Source of the DNA: an uncultured Alphaproteobacteria bacterium
GTDB taxonomy: Bacteria; Pseudomonadota; Alphaproteobacteria; CBDVDY01
Reading direction: 5' to 3'
DNA length: 42,655 nt
NCBI GenBank assembly: GCA_965372875.1
Contig: CBDVDY010000001.1
Coordinates: forward strand, 1-42,655
Under the pieces are notes generated by a model, which ran no database searches, was not told where the DNA came from, and saw only the letters and a list, made by a program, of their open reading frames with translations. Both the position numbers and the translations under genes were made by a program. This document shows, one piece after another, positions 8,332-16,800 of this stretch. Within the stretch, counting starts at the first letter, position 1. Each line of letters begins with the position of its first letter.

Positions 8332-9411
8332 TCAGTCGCCAAAACAAATGTCGAGGCCCCGCGCCGTGCGCACCAGCGCCCCGTCTACGTCGACCGCCTG
8401 ATTGTGGGCCACGGCCTCGGCCAGCGGCACGTCGATGACGGCGCGCCGCTGCCAGGCCACCATGCGGTCGAACCGGTTTTGCGCGATCAAATCCACCGCG
8501 TGCACCCCGAAGGCCGAGGCGATCAACCGGTCCCTCGGGCTCGGCATGCCGCCGCGTTGGACGTGGCCCAGGACGGTAACCCGCGTCTCCGCCCCGGTCC
8601 GCTCGGAGATGCGTTGACCCAGGTAATGTCCGATTCCACCATAGCGCGTCTGTTCGCCGGTGCCACTCTGTACCACCGCGTCGCCGTCCTCGGTCGGGAC
8701 CGATTCGGCGACCACGACGAGCGCGAAATTGCGGCCCCGTGTCTTGAGGTCGTCGATCTTGGCGGCGATCGAATCCATATTGTAGGAGATTTCCGGAATC
8801 AGCACGACGTCGGCGCCGCCCGCGATACCGGCGGCAAGCGCGATGTGTCCGGCGTCGCGCCCCATGACCTCGAGGACCATCACCCGGCTGTGGCTGGCCG
8901 CGGTCGGTTGCAGATGGTCGAGCGCCTCGGTCGCCACGCGGACGGCGGTGTCGTAGCCGACCGAAACCTCGGTCAGGCCGAGATCGTTGTCGATGGTCTT
9001 GGGGATGCCGACAAGATTGAACCCGCCCTTCTCGGCGAGGCGGCGCAGAATGTCGAGGCTGCCGTCGCCGCCGACGCCAATGAGCGCGTCGAGCTCGAGC
9101 GCGCGGTATCCCGCGATCACCTCGTCCGAGCGGTCCTCGACGCCGCCGTCGGGCATCGGAAAGGCAAAGGGGTTCCCCTTGTTGGTGGTGCCGAGGATGG
9201 TGCCTGCCAGGCGCAGGATGTTGCCGTTAAACACGTCGAGCGTCAGCACGTCGTAACGCGGCGGCTGGCTCATCAGGCCCCTGATACCCTCGTGAATACC
9301 GATAACCTTCCAACCGTGGCCGCTGATGGCGCGGTGAGAGGCGGCGCGGATGACCGCATTCAGTCCGGCGCAGTCGCCGCCGCTGGTCAGAATGCCGATG
9401 CGCTTGCTCAT
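8332..9411 (-). CDS. pfk: 6-phosphofructokinase (PfkA family)
   Basis: 359 aa. GILTSGGDCAGLNAV, GGDGS, PKTIDND, MGR motifs. ATG at 9409-9411(c). Confidence 0.9.
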   Translation of the reverse strand: MSKRIGILTSGGDCAGLNAVIRAASHRAISGHGWKVIGIHEGIRGLMSQPPRYDVLTLDVFNGNILRLAGTILGTTNKGNPFAFPMPDGGVEDRSDEVIAGYRALELDALIGVGGDGSLDILRRLAEKGGFNLVGIPKTIDNDLGLTEVSVGYDTAVRVATEALDHLQPTAASHSRVMVLEVMGRDAGHIALAAGIAGGADVVLIPEISYNMDSIAAKIDDLKTRGRNFALVVVAESVPTEDGDAVVQSGTGEQTRYGGIGHYLGQRISERTGAETRVTVLGHVQRGGMPSPRDRLIASAFGVHAVDLIAQNRFDRMVAWQRRAVIDVPLAEAVAHNQAVDVDGALVRTARGLDICFGD

Positions 9412-9506
9412 TGAATACCGTCCTCGGCGATACCGCCGCCGCGTGGATGCGTTTTGCTGGAGAATCTGCTAAACTTTAACGCGCGAGTTGGCAACGGTAG
9501 AAAAAT

Positions 9507-9713
9507 ATGGCGGAGAAGGACCACGAAGCCCTTCGCAAGGAATTGGCGGAACTTCGAGGCGAGCACCGCGATCTCGACGACGTCATCGCCCGCTTGTCTG
9601 GACAGGGGTCGTACGATCAGATTCAGATGCAGCGGCTGAAAAAACGCAAGCTGTCGCTCAAGGACGAGATCGCCAAGCTGGAAAGCAAATTGTTGCCCGA
9701 CATCATCGCCTAG
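9507..9713 (+). CDS. DUF465 (YdcH-like) small protein, 68 aa
   Basis: MQRLKKRKLSLKDEIAKLE motif with a coiled-coil-like N-terminal half. Confidence 0.8.
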   Translation: MAEKDHEALRKELAELRGEHRDLDDVIARLSGQGSYDQIQMQRLKKRKLSLKDEIAKLESKLLPDIIA

Positions 9714-9754
9714 TGGCGCGGCCAATGGCGTGCCGGCCTCTGCGGTCGTCGCGG

Positions 9755-10480
9755 TCAGGCTCCGACGTTGCGCCGCTTTTGCTCGTACATGGCGCGATCG
9801 GCGGCATGTAGTGCCGCGCTGGCGTCTTCGCCGCCGGTCATGGTGTAGGCGCCGTAGGCCACGGAGAGGCGCATTTTGTGTCCTTCCCATTCAAACGGCT
9901 TGGCGCGAATGGCGTCGGCCAGGAACACCGCCTTGTCGTCGGCTAGTTTCTTGTCGGCCTGGGCCAGGATGACGCCGAACTCGTCGCCGCCCAGGCGGCC
10001 GACGATGTCGGATTCGCGGACGCTCTCGAGCAGGACGTTGGCGGCGTGCTTGAGCGCGGCGTCGCCGGCGGCGTGACCGTAAGTGTCGTTGATCGCCTTC
10101 AGCCCGTCGATATCGAGGAACAGGACGCTGTGCGGCGAACCGTAGCGCTCCACGTACGACATCATGCGCGAGAGCTCGCGAACGAAGGCCCGGCGGTTAA
10201 TCACCGGCACCAGGGTGTCCTCGTCCGCCAGGCTCTCGAAATAGACCACCCTTTTGCGGGTATCGTCGAGTTCGCCGCGCAGGCGCTCGACCTCGCCCAT
10301 CAGCCGGCTAATCGCGGCCTGAACCTTTTCGGTCAGTTCCTCTTCCGGAATGCCCAGGATCGACATCACGTCGACCGGCCGGCCGGACGCATCCACCGGA
10401 GCGCCGGTGCCCCTGCCGTACGCCGAGCGGGCGGTTACCGACCTCGCCGGAGCAATGGATCTGGTCTCGTTAATCTTCAT
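9755..10480 (-). CDS. Diguanylate cyclase (GGDEF domain) with coiled-coil N-terminus and no recognisable sensor domain
   Basis: GGDEF is intact (RLGGDEFGV). RESD I-site lies 5 residues upstream. Start uncertain: ATG at 10478-10480(c) is preferred, and the maximal ORF begins with TTG at 10573. Neither has a good SD. Confidence 0.8.
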   Translation of the reverse strand: MKINETRSIAPARSVTARSAYGRGTGAPVDASGRPVDVMSILGIPEEELTEKVQAAISRLMGEVERLRGELDDTRKRVVYFESLADEDTLVPVINRRAFVRELSRMMSYVERYGSPHSVLFLDIDGLKAINDTYGHAAGDAALKHAANVLLESVRESDIVGRLGGDEFGVILAQADKKLADDKAVFLADAIRAKPFEWEGHKMRLSVAYGAYTMTGGEDASAALHAADRAMYEQKRRNVGA

Positions 10481-10625
10481 CTGGCCGCCGAACGGTCGTT
10501 TACGGGCGCTTTCGTCGGGCGTTTCGATCGGAACGCGCCCACCGGCGCGCGCTTCGTGCCTATCTACCCCCAACAGTGCTTAACAAGCGGTTAACGAATA
10601 TTAATGCAGGGTCGCGCCGGCACCC

Positions 10626-10653
10626 TTGAGAAGCGCCGCCGCCTCTCTATAAT
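10626..10653 (+). promoter_or_regulatory. Sigma70-like promoter candidate for purE
   Basis: TTGAGA (10626-10631), 16-nt spacer, perfect TATAAT (10648-10653). About 45 nt upstream of the purE ATG. Confidence 0.4.
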
Positions 10654-10697
10654 CGCCGCCGCCGGGCCCGCAACGCCTGTCATCAGGAGATTCCGCC

Positions 10698-11201
10698 ATG
10701 CCCGAGACCGCCGCCGGCCCCGCAGGCCCCATTGTCGGTGTCGTCATGGGGAGCCAGTCCGATTGGGACGTCATGCGCCACGCGGCCGAGACTCTCGACA
10801 AGCTCGGCATCCCGCACGAGGTGCGGATCATGTCCGCCCACCGCTCGCCCGCGCGGGTCGAGGAATATTGCTCCGGCGCCAGGGAGCGGGGGCTCAAGGT
10901 GCTGATCGCCGGCGCTGGCATGGCGGCGGCGCTGCCCGGCGCCATGGCGGCGCTGACGCCGTTGCCAATCCTCGGCGTGCCGATGGAAGGCAAGGTGATG
11001 GGCGGGCTCGACGCGCTCCTGTCGATGGCCCAGATGCCAGGCGGCATCCCGGTGGGCACGCTGGCGGTGGGGAGGGCCGGTGCTGTCAACGCCGCGCTCC
11101 TGGCCGCCGCCATCCTGGCGCTCGCGGACGGCTCCATCGCCGCCGCCCTCGACGATTACCGCGCGACGCAGACGGCGGCGGTGCCGGAAACCCCGGATTA
11201 A
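10698..11201 (+). CDS. purE: N5-carboxyaminoimidazole ribonucleotide mutase (class I PurE)
   Basis: [26 protein letters not shown] motifs. AGGAG 8 nt upstream of the ATG. No purK follows. Confidence 0.9.
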   Translation: MPETAAGPAGPIVGVVMGSQSDWDVMRHAAETLDKLGIPHEVRIMSAHRSPARVEEYCSGARERGLKVLIAGAGMAAALPGAMAALTPLPILGVPMEGKVMGGLDALLSMAQMPGGIPVGTLAVGRAGAVNAALLAAAILALADGSIAAALDDYRATQTAAVPETPD

Positions 11202-11325
11202 GGGCGGTACTGGAGGCGCCTTCAGGCACATAATATTGCAGCGGCTGGCCGCCAGGTCCCGTTCAGGCTGGGTTCAGGTGGCGGCCCGTACACTGGCGCG
11301 CATCCATTATAAAAGGATATGCGCC

Positions 11326-11520
11326 ATGAAACCGTCAATATTTCGCTCCAAGACCAAGGTCATTTTAATGCTCGCGGCCGTGTCACTGCTGATGGCCGGG
11401 TGCTACCGCCATTACCCCGCCTATGGCCACGGTTACGGCTATGGTAAGGGCAAAGCCTATGCCGGCAGTTACAAGCACGGCGGCAAGCACGGCGGGTACG
11501 GCTACCACGGAAAACACTAG
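11326..11520 (+). CDS. Small putative lipoprotein (64 aa) with a Gly/Tyr/His/Lys-rich mature peptide
   Basis: Internal ATG at 11326 of the track ORF 11080..11520, with AAGGA 8 nt upstream. Signal peptide ends in the lipobox-like LMAG-C. Mature part is CYRHYPAYGHGYGYGKGKAYAGSYKHGGKHGGYGYHGKH. Confidence 0.5.
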   Translation: MKPSIFRSKTKVILMLAAVSLLMAGCYRHYPAYGHGYGYGKGKAYAGSYKHGGKHGGYGYHGKH

Positions 11521-12167
11521 GTCTCGCGCCGGGCCCGATGGCGGAATATTCCCGCCAGGCCGGGCAGTGGCGGCAAGCACTCGCGGAGGCGGGCGACGCC
11601 TTGCGGCACCCGCATGGCGTCGGCGATGCGCCGATCGAGGAAATTCCAGGTCCGGGCGCGGCTCGCTGAATCGTCGCCCAGCCAATACAGCAAAGTGGCC
11701 GCGTAGACGCCCGCGAGCAGGCCCCGCTTGGTGTAATAGTTGTAGTCGGTCGCGGTGTCGCCGGCGGCCCGCCAGATGGCGTCGACCGTGCGATGCAGGC
11801 ATTTCAGCGCCAGCGGCGCGTTCCGGGGCAGGGCGAGACAAGCGAGGCCGCGGCGGATCGCTTCGCGATGGGCATCGTTCTGTTCGAGCCGCAGGCGGAC
11901 ACCCAGCGCCACCCGCTCGCGCACGCGCATGGCGTCCAGATCGCGCGCCTCGAGCTCGGCCAGCATGGCGGCGTCGGCGCGAATGTTGAACAGCTCGATG
12001 AGCTCGACCGGCCCGCCGGGGAGGAGGCGCGCCAGATCGCCCGGCCCGTAACCGGCGTCGGCGGCGCCGGCGCGGAGCGCCGTTTCGGTCCAGCCGTCGA
12101 ACGGCACGTGGGCCAGGGTCGCCTCGAGGATTTTCTCGCGCGCGGTGTCGAAATCCTCGGCCATCAC
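11517..12167 (-). CDS. COQ9-family protein (the alphaproteobacterial 'rpsU-divergently transcribed protein' family)
   Basis: About 216 aa, helical, with the family-like core DTATDYNYYTKRGLLAGVYAATLLYW. Located near rpsU. Start is GTG at 12167 or ATG at 12164, either one coupled to the def stop (GTGATG). Confidence 0.7.
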   Translation of the reverse strand: MMAEDFDTAREKILEATLAHVPFDGWTETALRAGAADAGYGPGDLARLLPGGPVELIELFNIRADAAMLAELEARDLDAMRVRERVALGVRLRLEQNDAHREAIRRGLACLALPRNAPLALKCLHRTVDAIWRAAGDTATDYNYYTKRGLLAGVYAATLLYWLGDDSASRARTWNFLDRRIADAMRVPQGVARLRECLPPLPGLAGIFRHRARRET

Positions 12168-12769
12168 GCTTCCGCCGCCTCGGCGGATTCGGGCGCGCCC
12201 TCGTCCGCGCTTTCATCGTCGCTTTCATCGTCGCTTTCATCTTCCGCGGCGAGGCGGCGCATCTCTTCGACGAAGCCGAAGCGCGACAAATCGTCCATGC
12301 GCATGGGGTAGAGAATGCCGTCCAGATGGTCGCATTCGTGCTGCACCACGCGGGCGTGGTATCCGCTGGCCTCGCGCTCGACCGGGGCGCCGTCGATTCC
12401 CAGGCCCCGGTATCGGATTTGGACGTGGCGCGGCACCTCGCCCAGCATGCCGGGGAGCGACAGGCAGCCCTCCCAGCCCAGCGCCGTCTCGTCCGACAGC
12501 GGCTCGATTTCGGGATTGATCAGGATCGTGAGCGGCACCTCGTCTTCGTCCGGCCCGCATTCCTCCCGCTCGCGCGGGATGCGGAACATCACCAGCCGCA
12601 GCGGCACGTGAACCTGCGGCGCCGCCAGGCCGGCCCCGTCGGCGTCGGCCAGGGTCTCGGCCATGTCCGCCACCAGGCGCATTATCTCGGGCGCGGTGGG
12701 GTCCGCCACCGGCTCGGCCGGCCGGCCCAGCACCGGGTGTCCCATACGGGCGATCTTCAGGATAGCCAT
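12164..12769 (-). CDS. def: Peptide deformylase with an acidic C-terminal tail
   Basis: Motifs GLAAPQ, EGCLS, HECDH. Start is the internal ATG at 12767-12769(c) (MAILKIARMGHPVL). Confidence 0.9.
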   Translation of the reverse strand: MAILKIARMGHPVLGRPAEPVADPTAPEIMRLVADMAETLADADGAGLAAPQVHVPLRLVMFRIPREREECGPDEDEVPLTILINPEIEPLSDETALGWEGCLSLPGMLGEVPRHVQIRYRGLGIDGAPVEREASGYHARVVQHECDHLDGILYPMRMDDLSRFGFVEEMRRLAAEDESDDESDDESADEGAPESAEAAEA

Positions 12770-12914
12770 GCGAGTAATATGGCCCCGCAAGCGGCCCGGG
12801 TAAAGGCGCCGGCCCGGCTCGCCGCCGGAATATCCCATAATTTCAATGTGGATAGCGGAAAATCGTCGCTTCCATTCCGGGGCCGTTTATGGTACAAGAT
12901 AGCGCCTGCGCGGC

Positions 12915-13190
12915 ATGATCGGCGCGCGGGAGGGTGTTTGTTGTTCTCAATCCAAGTTGGATTTACCTCGGGAGGATCGAACCATCGTCGAAGTCGTCGT
13001 CCGCGACAACAATGTCGACCAGGCCCTGCGCGCGCTCAAGAAGAAGATGCAGCGCGAGGGGATCTTCCGTGAGATGAAGCTGCGCCGCGCTTACGAAAAG
13101 CCGTCCGAGAAGAGGGCCCGCGAAAAGGCCGAGGCCGTCCGCCGCGCCCGCAAGCTGGCGCGCAAGCGGGCCGAACGCGAAGGCACCTAG
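12915..13190 (+). CDS. rpsU: 30S ribosomal protein S21
   Basis: [59 protein letters not shown] is near-consensus S21. Coordinates give the maximal ORF. The real start is probably downstream (TTG 12957 or ATC 12984; see findings). Confidence 0.9.
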   Translation: MIGAREGVCCSQSKLDLPREDRTIVEVVVRDNNVDQALRALKKKMQREGIFREMKLRRAYEKPSEKRAREKAEAVRRARKLARKRAEREGT

Positions 13191-13247
13191 AGCCTTTTTC
13201 GTGCCGGCCCAGCGCCGGCGGCATGTCCGCGAATAAAGTCGTTCCAG

Positions 13248-13276
13248 GCGCCCCGGGGAGACCCCCCCGCGGGCGC
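13248..13276. terminator. GC-rich imperfect hairpin between convergent genes
   Basis: GCGCCCCGGGG-loop-CCCCG(C)GGGCGC, about 11 bp with one bulge. Only a weak T tract follows. Confidence 0.3.
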
Positions 13277-13280
13277 TTCG

Positions 13281-14183
13281 CTATTTCCGTGAATGGCGCT
13301 CCGCCGCGGCGACCGCGCGCAGGTAATCGTCGATCTCCGGATCCTTCCGAACCTCGTAGTGCGACGCCAGATCGAGCGCCGCGGCCAGGTCGAGCCGCGC
13401 CGCGATGGCGCGGGCCATGATCGGCTCGACGCCCAAATCCTCCACCGTCTCGGCCGAGGCGTGCATTTCCGCCGCTTGACGCTTTGCATGCACCGCGGAA
13501 CGGCCAAGGTAGTGGGCGATCACCGCCCGCCAATCGAGACCCGGGAAGGTGATCGCGAGCGAATCGACGATGCGGCGTTCGAGGCCGAGCTTGCCGGCGG
13601 CGAGCATCGATTCGGCGAACAGCGCGGCGAAGCCCTTGATCAGCACGCTGCGCAGCATCTTGGCGGAGCTGGCCTGCCCGAGCGTCGGCCCGGCGCAGTC
13701 CACGTTGAGCCCGGCGGCCTCGAGCTCGCCGGCCAGCGCGTCGGCGCCGGGGCCGGCGATCAGCAGCGGCACCCGGGCGCCGAAGTTGGGCACCGTGTCC
13801 ATGGCGACGCCTTCGATGAAGGAAGCGCCGACCGCCTCGATCGCCCGCGCCGCCTCGCGCTTGACGCGCGGCGAGGTGGAGTTGAGATCGAGATAAATCT
13901 GCCCCGGCGCCATCGAAGCGGCGGCGCGTTTGGCCGCCGCCACGGTCTGATCGGCGGTCACCGTGGAAAGCACGAGCGCGGCCTCGGCGACGGCCTGCTC
14001 GGAGGTCTCGGCGGGCTCGATCCCGAGCGCCTCGGTTTTGGCCCGCTGCGCGGCTTCCGTCGCCGGATCGTCGATCAGGATGTCGTAGGCGCTGACCCGC
14101 GCGACCCCGGCGTCGAGAAACGCCTTGGCGAAAATCGGACCCGCCTCGCCGAAACCGATTACCGCGACCTTGTCGAAGCGCAT
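13281..14183 (-). CDS. NAD(P)-dependent oxidoreductase (6PGDH-like NAD-binding domain plus DUF1932-like C-terminus)
   Basis: Internal ATG at 14181-14183(c). Rossmann motif VAVIGFGEAG at the N-terminus. 300 aa. Confidence 0.75.
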   Translation of the reverse strand: MRFDKVAVIGFGEAGPIFAKAFLDAGVARVSAYDILIDDPATEAAQRAKTEALGIEPAETSEQAVAEAALVLSTVTADQTVAAAKRAAASMAPGQIYLDLNSTSPRVKREAARAIEAVGASFIEGVAMDTVPNFGARVPLLIAGPGADALAGELEAAGLNVDCAGPTLGQASSAKMLRSVLIKGFAALFAESMLAAGKLGLERRIVDSLAITFPGLDWRAVIAHYLGRSAVHAKRQAAEMHASAETVEDLGVEPIMARAIAARLDLAAALDLASHYEVRKDPEIDDYLRAVAAAERHSRK

Positions 14184-14223
14184 CAGCCGTAATTCCTTTG
14201 CTGTCGAAGGCGAGGTCGGCGGA

Positions 14224-14829
14224 TCAGTCCTTGCGCAGCGACGGATCCTTGAGCGTGGTATCCTGGCCGCGCGGCGCATTGTCGAGTGCGTCCTCGAGCG
14301 AGAACACCTCGCGCCACTCCTCCGGCGGCCGCACGCGCCCGTCGGGGCCGACCTGGTCGAGCCCCCAATAGATCTCCAGCCGATGGCCGTCGGGGTCGCT
14401 GAACTCGATGGCGATTTGAGCACCGGCCCGCCGCCTTCCCTCGAAATCGATCGGCACGTCGTGCTTTTTGAGGTGCTCCCGGGCCAGCAGCACTTCGTCG
14501 AGGCTTGAGACCTCGAACGCAAGATGATGCAGCTCGCCGTGCCCGGACGGCCCCTTGCCGCCGCCGACCAGGGCGATGCCGTGGTGATCGGCGGCGCAGC
14601 GCATGAACACCATCTTGCCCGGCATCATGCTGTCCGGATAGACGTCCGAGACGCGAAAACCCATGACTTTTGTATAGAAGGCGAGCGAGCGCTGGAGGTC
14701 TTCGACCATCAGCACGACGTGGCCGATCTTGGTGATGTTGAACGGCAGATCGGCGGGCGTCTCGACCGATCCGAGCGCCACCACCTCGTCGCTCTTCAGC
14801 CCATCGTAATCGACGATGCCACGTGCCAT
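14224..14829 (-). CDS. VOC (glyoxalase/bleomycin-resistance/extradiol dioxygenase) family protein
   Basis: IGHVVLMVEDLQRSLAFYTKVMGF and HHLAFEV motifs. ATG at 14827-14829(c) with GGGGGAGG 6 nt upstream. Confidence 0.75.
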   Translation of the reverse strand: MARGIVDYDGLKSDEVVALGSVETPADLPFNITKIGHVVLMVEDLQRSLAFYTKVMGFRVSDVYPDSMMPGKMVFMRCAADHHGIALVGGGKGPSGHGELHHLAFEVSSLDEVLLAREHLKKHDVPIDFEGRRRAGAQIAIEFSDPDGHRLEIYWGLDQVGPDGRVRPPEEWREVFSLEDALDNAPRGQDTTLKDPSLRKD

Positions 14830-14958
14830 CCTCGGCCTCCCCCTAGTTCCGGGCGCTTCCGTCATTCCAGGTAGACAGGTTAGCGATCAGCGTGGCCGGC
14901 AATCAAGTGATTCCGAGGGCTTGGCGATAACGGTCGAACGCGGGCTCCGGTCCGACGC

Positions 14959-16353
14959 CTAATCCAGCGCCTTGACGATGTTCTCGCACATTTGCTTGGC
15001 GTCGGAGAACAGCATCATGGTGTTGTCGCGGTAGAACAGCTCGTTGTCGACGCCGGCATAGCCGGGCGACAGCGAGCGCTTGATGAACAAAACCGTCTGC
15101 GCGTTCTCCACATCCAGGATCGGCATGCCGTAGATCGGGCTCTGGGGGTCGGTCTTGGCCACCGGGTTGGTGACGTCGTTGGCGCCGATCACCAGGGCCA
15201 CGTCGGTGGCGCCGAAATCGCGGTTGATGTCCTCGAGCTCGAGCACCTCGTCGTAGGGCACGTTGGCCTCGGCCAGGAGCACGTTCATGTGCCCCGGCAT
15301 GCGTCCGGCCACCGGGTGGATGGCGTAGCGCACCTTGATTCCCTCGGCCTTGAGGAGGTCCGCCATCTCGCGCAGCGCGTGCTGGGCCTGCGCCACCGCC
15401 ATGCCGTAGCCCGGCACGATGATGACCGACTGCGCGTTCTTCATCAGGAAAGCGGCGTCGTCGGCGCTGCCGGACTTGACCGGCTTGTCGCCGGCCGCCG
15501 CCGCCGGGCCGGCGCCCGCGCTCTCGCCGCCGAAGCCGCCCAACAGCACGTTGAAGATCGAGCGGTTCATCCCCTTGCACATGATGTAGCTGAGGATCGC
15601 GCCCGAGGAGCCGACCAGCGCGCCGACAACGATCAACACGTTGTTTTGCAGGGTAAAACCGATGCCGGCCGCGGCCCAGCCGGAATAGGAGTTGAGCATC
15701 GAGATCACCACCGGCATGTCGGCGCCGCCGATGGGAAGGATCAGCAGGAATCCGAGGGCTAGTGCTATCGCGGTCAGCAGCCAAAACGCGGTCTCGTCGC
15801 CGCTGATCGCCAGCCACGCGCCCGAGGCCACGAGCCCCAGCCCGAGCAGCGCGTTGAGCGGATGCTGGCCCGGGAAGACCAGCGGGTTGCCGGAAATCAG
15901 CCCCTGCAACTTGCCGAAGGCGATCACCGAGCCGGTAAAGGTGATGGCGCCGATGGCGGCGCCCAGGCTCATCTCGATCAGGCTGGTGAGCTTGATATCG
16001 CCCGGCACGCCGATGCCGTACGCCGCCGGCGACGACAGCGCCGCCGCCGCGACCAGGACGGCGGCGAGGCCGACGAGGCTGTGAAATGCGGCTATCAGTT
16101 GCGGCAACGCGGTCATCTGGATGCGCACGGCGATAAAGCCGCCGATGGCGCCGCCGATCACGATGCCGGCGACGATCGTCTGCAGTTCCAGCACCTCGGG
16201 GCCCAGGATCGTGGTCACGATGGCGATGATCATGCCGGCGATGCCGTAGGCGTTGCCGCGGCGCGCGGTCTCGGGCGACGACAGGCCGCGCAGCGCCATG
16301 ATGAAGCAGACCGAGGCGGCCAGATAGAGGAGGGCGGACAGGTTCGGGGTCAT
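14959..16353 (-). CDS. pntB: NAD(P) transhydrogenase subunit beta
   Basis: 464 aa, multi-TM N-terminal part plus a dIII NADP(H)-binding domain (PGYGMAVAQAQH). Confidence 0.95.
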   Translation of the reverse strand: MTPNLSALLYLAASVCFIMALRGLSSPETARRGNAYGIAGMIIAIVTTILGPEVLELQTIVAGIVIGGAIGGFIAVRIQMTALPQLIAAFHSLVGLAAVLVAAAALSSPAAYGIGVPGDIKLTSLIEMSLGAAIGAITFTGSVIAFGKLQGLISGNPLVFPGQHPLNALLGLGLVASGAWLAISGDETAFWLLTAIALALGFLLILPIGGADMPVVISMLNSYSGWAAAGIGFTLQNNVLIVVGALVGSSGAILSYIMCKGMNRSIFNVLLGGFGGESAGAGPAAAAGDKPVKSGSADDAAFLMKNAQSVIIVPGYGMAVAQAQHALREMADLLKAEGIKVRYAIHPVAGRMPGHMNVLLAEANVPYDEVLELEDINRDFGATDVALVIGANDVTNPVAKTDPQSPIYGMPILDVENAQTVLFIKRSLSPGYAGVDNELFYRDNTMMLFSDAKQMCENIVKALD

Positions 16354-16368
16354 TCGGCCGGCCCCCGC

Positions 16369-16800
16369 CTATTTCTTCTTCTTGAACATGGCCAGCATGC
16401 GCTGGGTGACGATGAAGCCGCCGAAGATATTGACCGAAGCCAGCACCACCGCGACGAAGCCGATGATTTTGGAAAAGTCCATCTCGGCCGGTCCGGCGGC
16501 GATCAGCGCGCCGACGATGATCACCGACGAAATCGCGTTGGTCACCGACATCAAGGGCGAGTGCAGCGCCGGCGTCACCTTCCAGACCACGTAGTAGCCG
16601 ACGAAACAGGCCAACACGAAGACGGTCAGGCCGAAAACCAGGGGATCGAGGCCCGCGGCCTTCTGGCTTTCCACCGCGAGCGCGCCGACGGCGTCGCCGA
16701 GGCGGCCCGCCTCTTCGGCCAGGCGCCCGGCTTCCTCGGCCAGATGCTGGGCGCCGCCGGCGAGCTTGTCGGCCTGCGACGTGACAGTCTCGGTGGTCAT
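16369..16800 (-). CDS. pntAB: NAD(P) transhydrogenase subunit alpha part 2 (membrane dII fragment)
   Basis: Internal ATG at 16798-16800(c), ATGA-coupled to the pntAA stop. 143 aa with TM helices and KKKK at the C-terminus. Confidence 0.9.
   Translation of the reverse strand: MTTETVTSQADKLAGGAQHLAEEAGRLAEEAGRLGDAVGALAVESQKAAGLDPLVFGLTVFVLACFVGYYVVWKVTPALHSPLMSVTNAISSVIIVGALIAAGPAEMDFSKIIGFVAVVLASVNIFGGFIVTQRMLAMFKKKK

Noticed and set aside
11080-11325. Upstream 82 codons of the track ORF 11080..11520
   Set aside because: This part overlaps the 3' end of purE in another frame and is Arg/Pro-rich. Only the last 64 codons, from ATG 11326 with an SD and a signal peptide, look like a gene.
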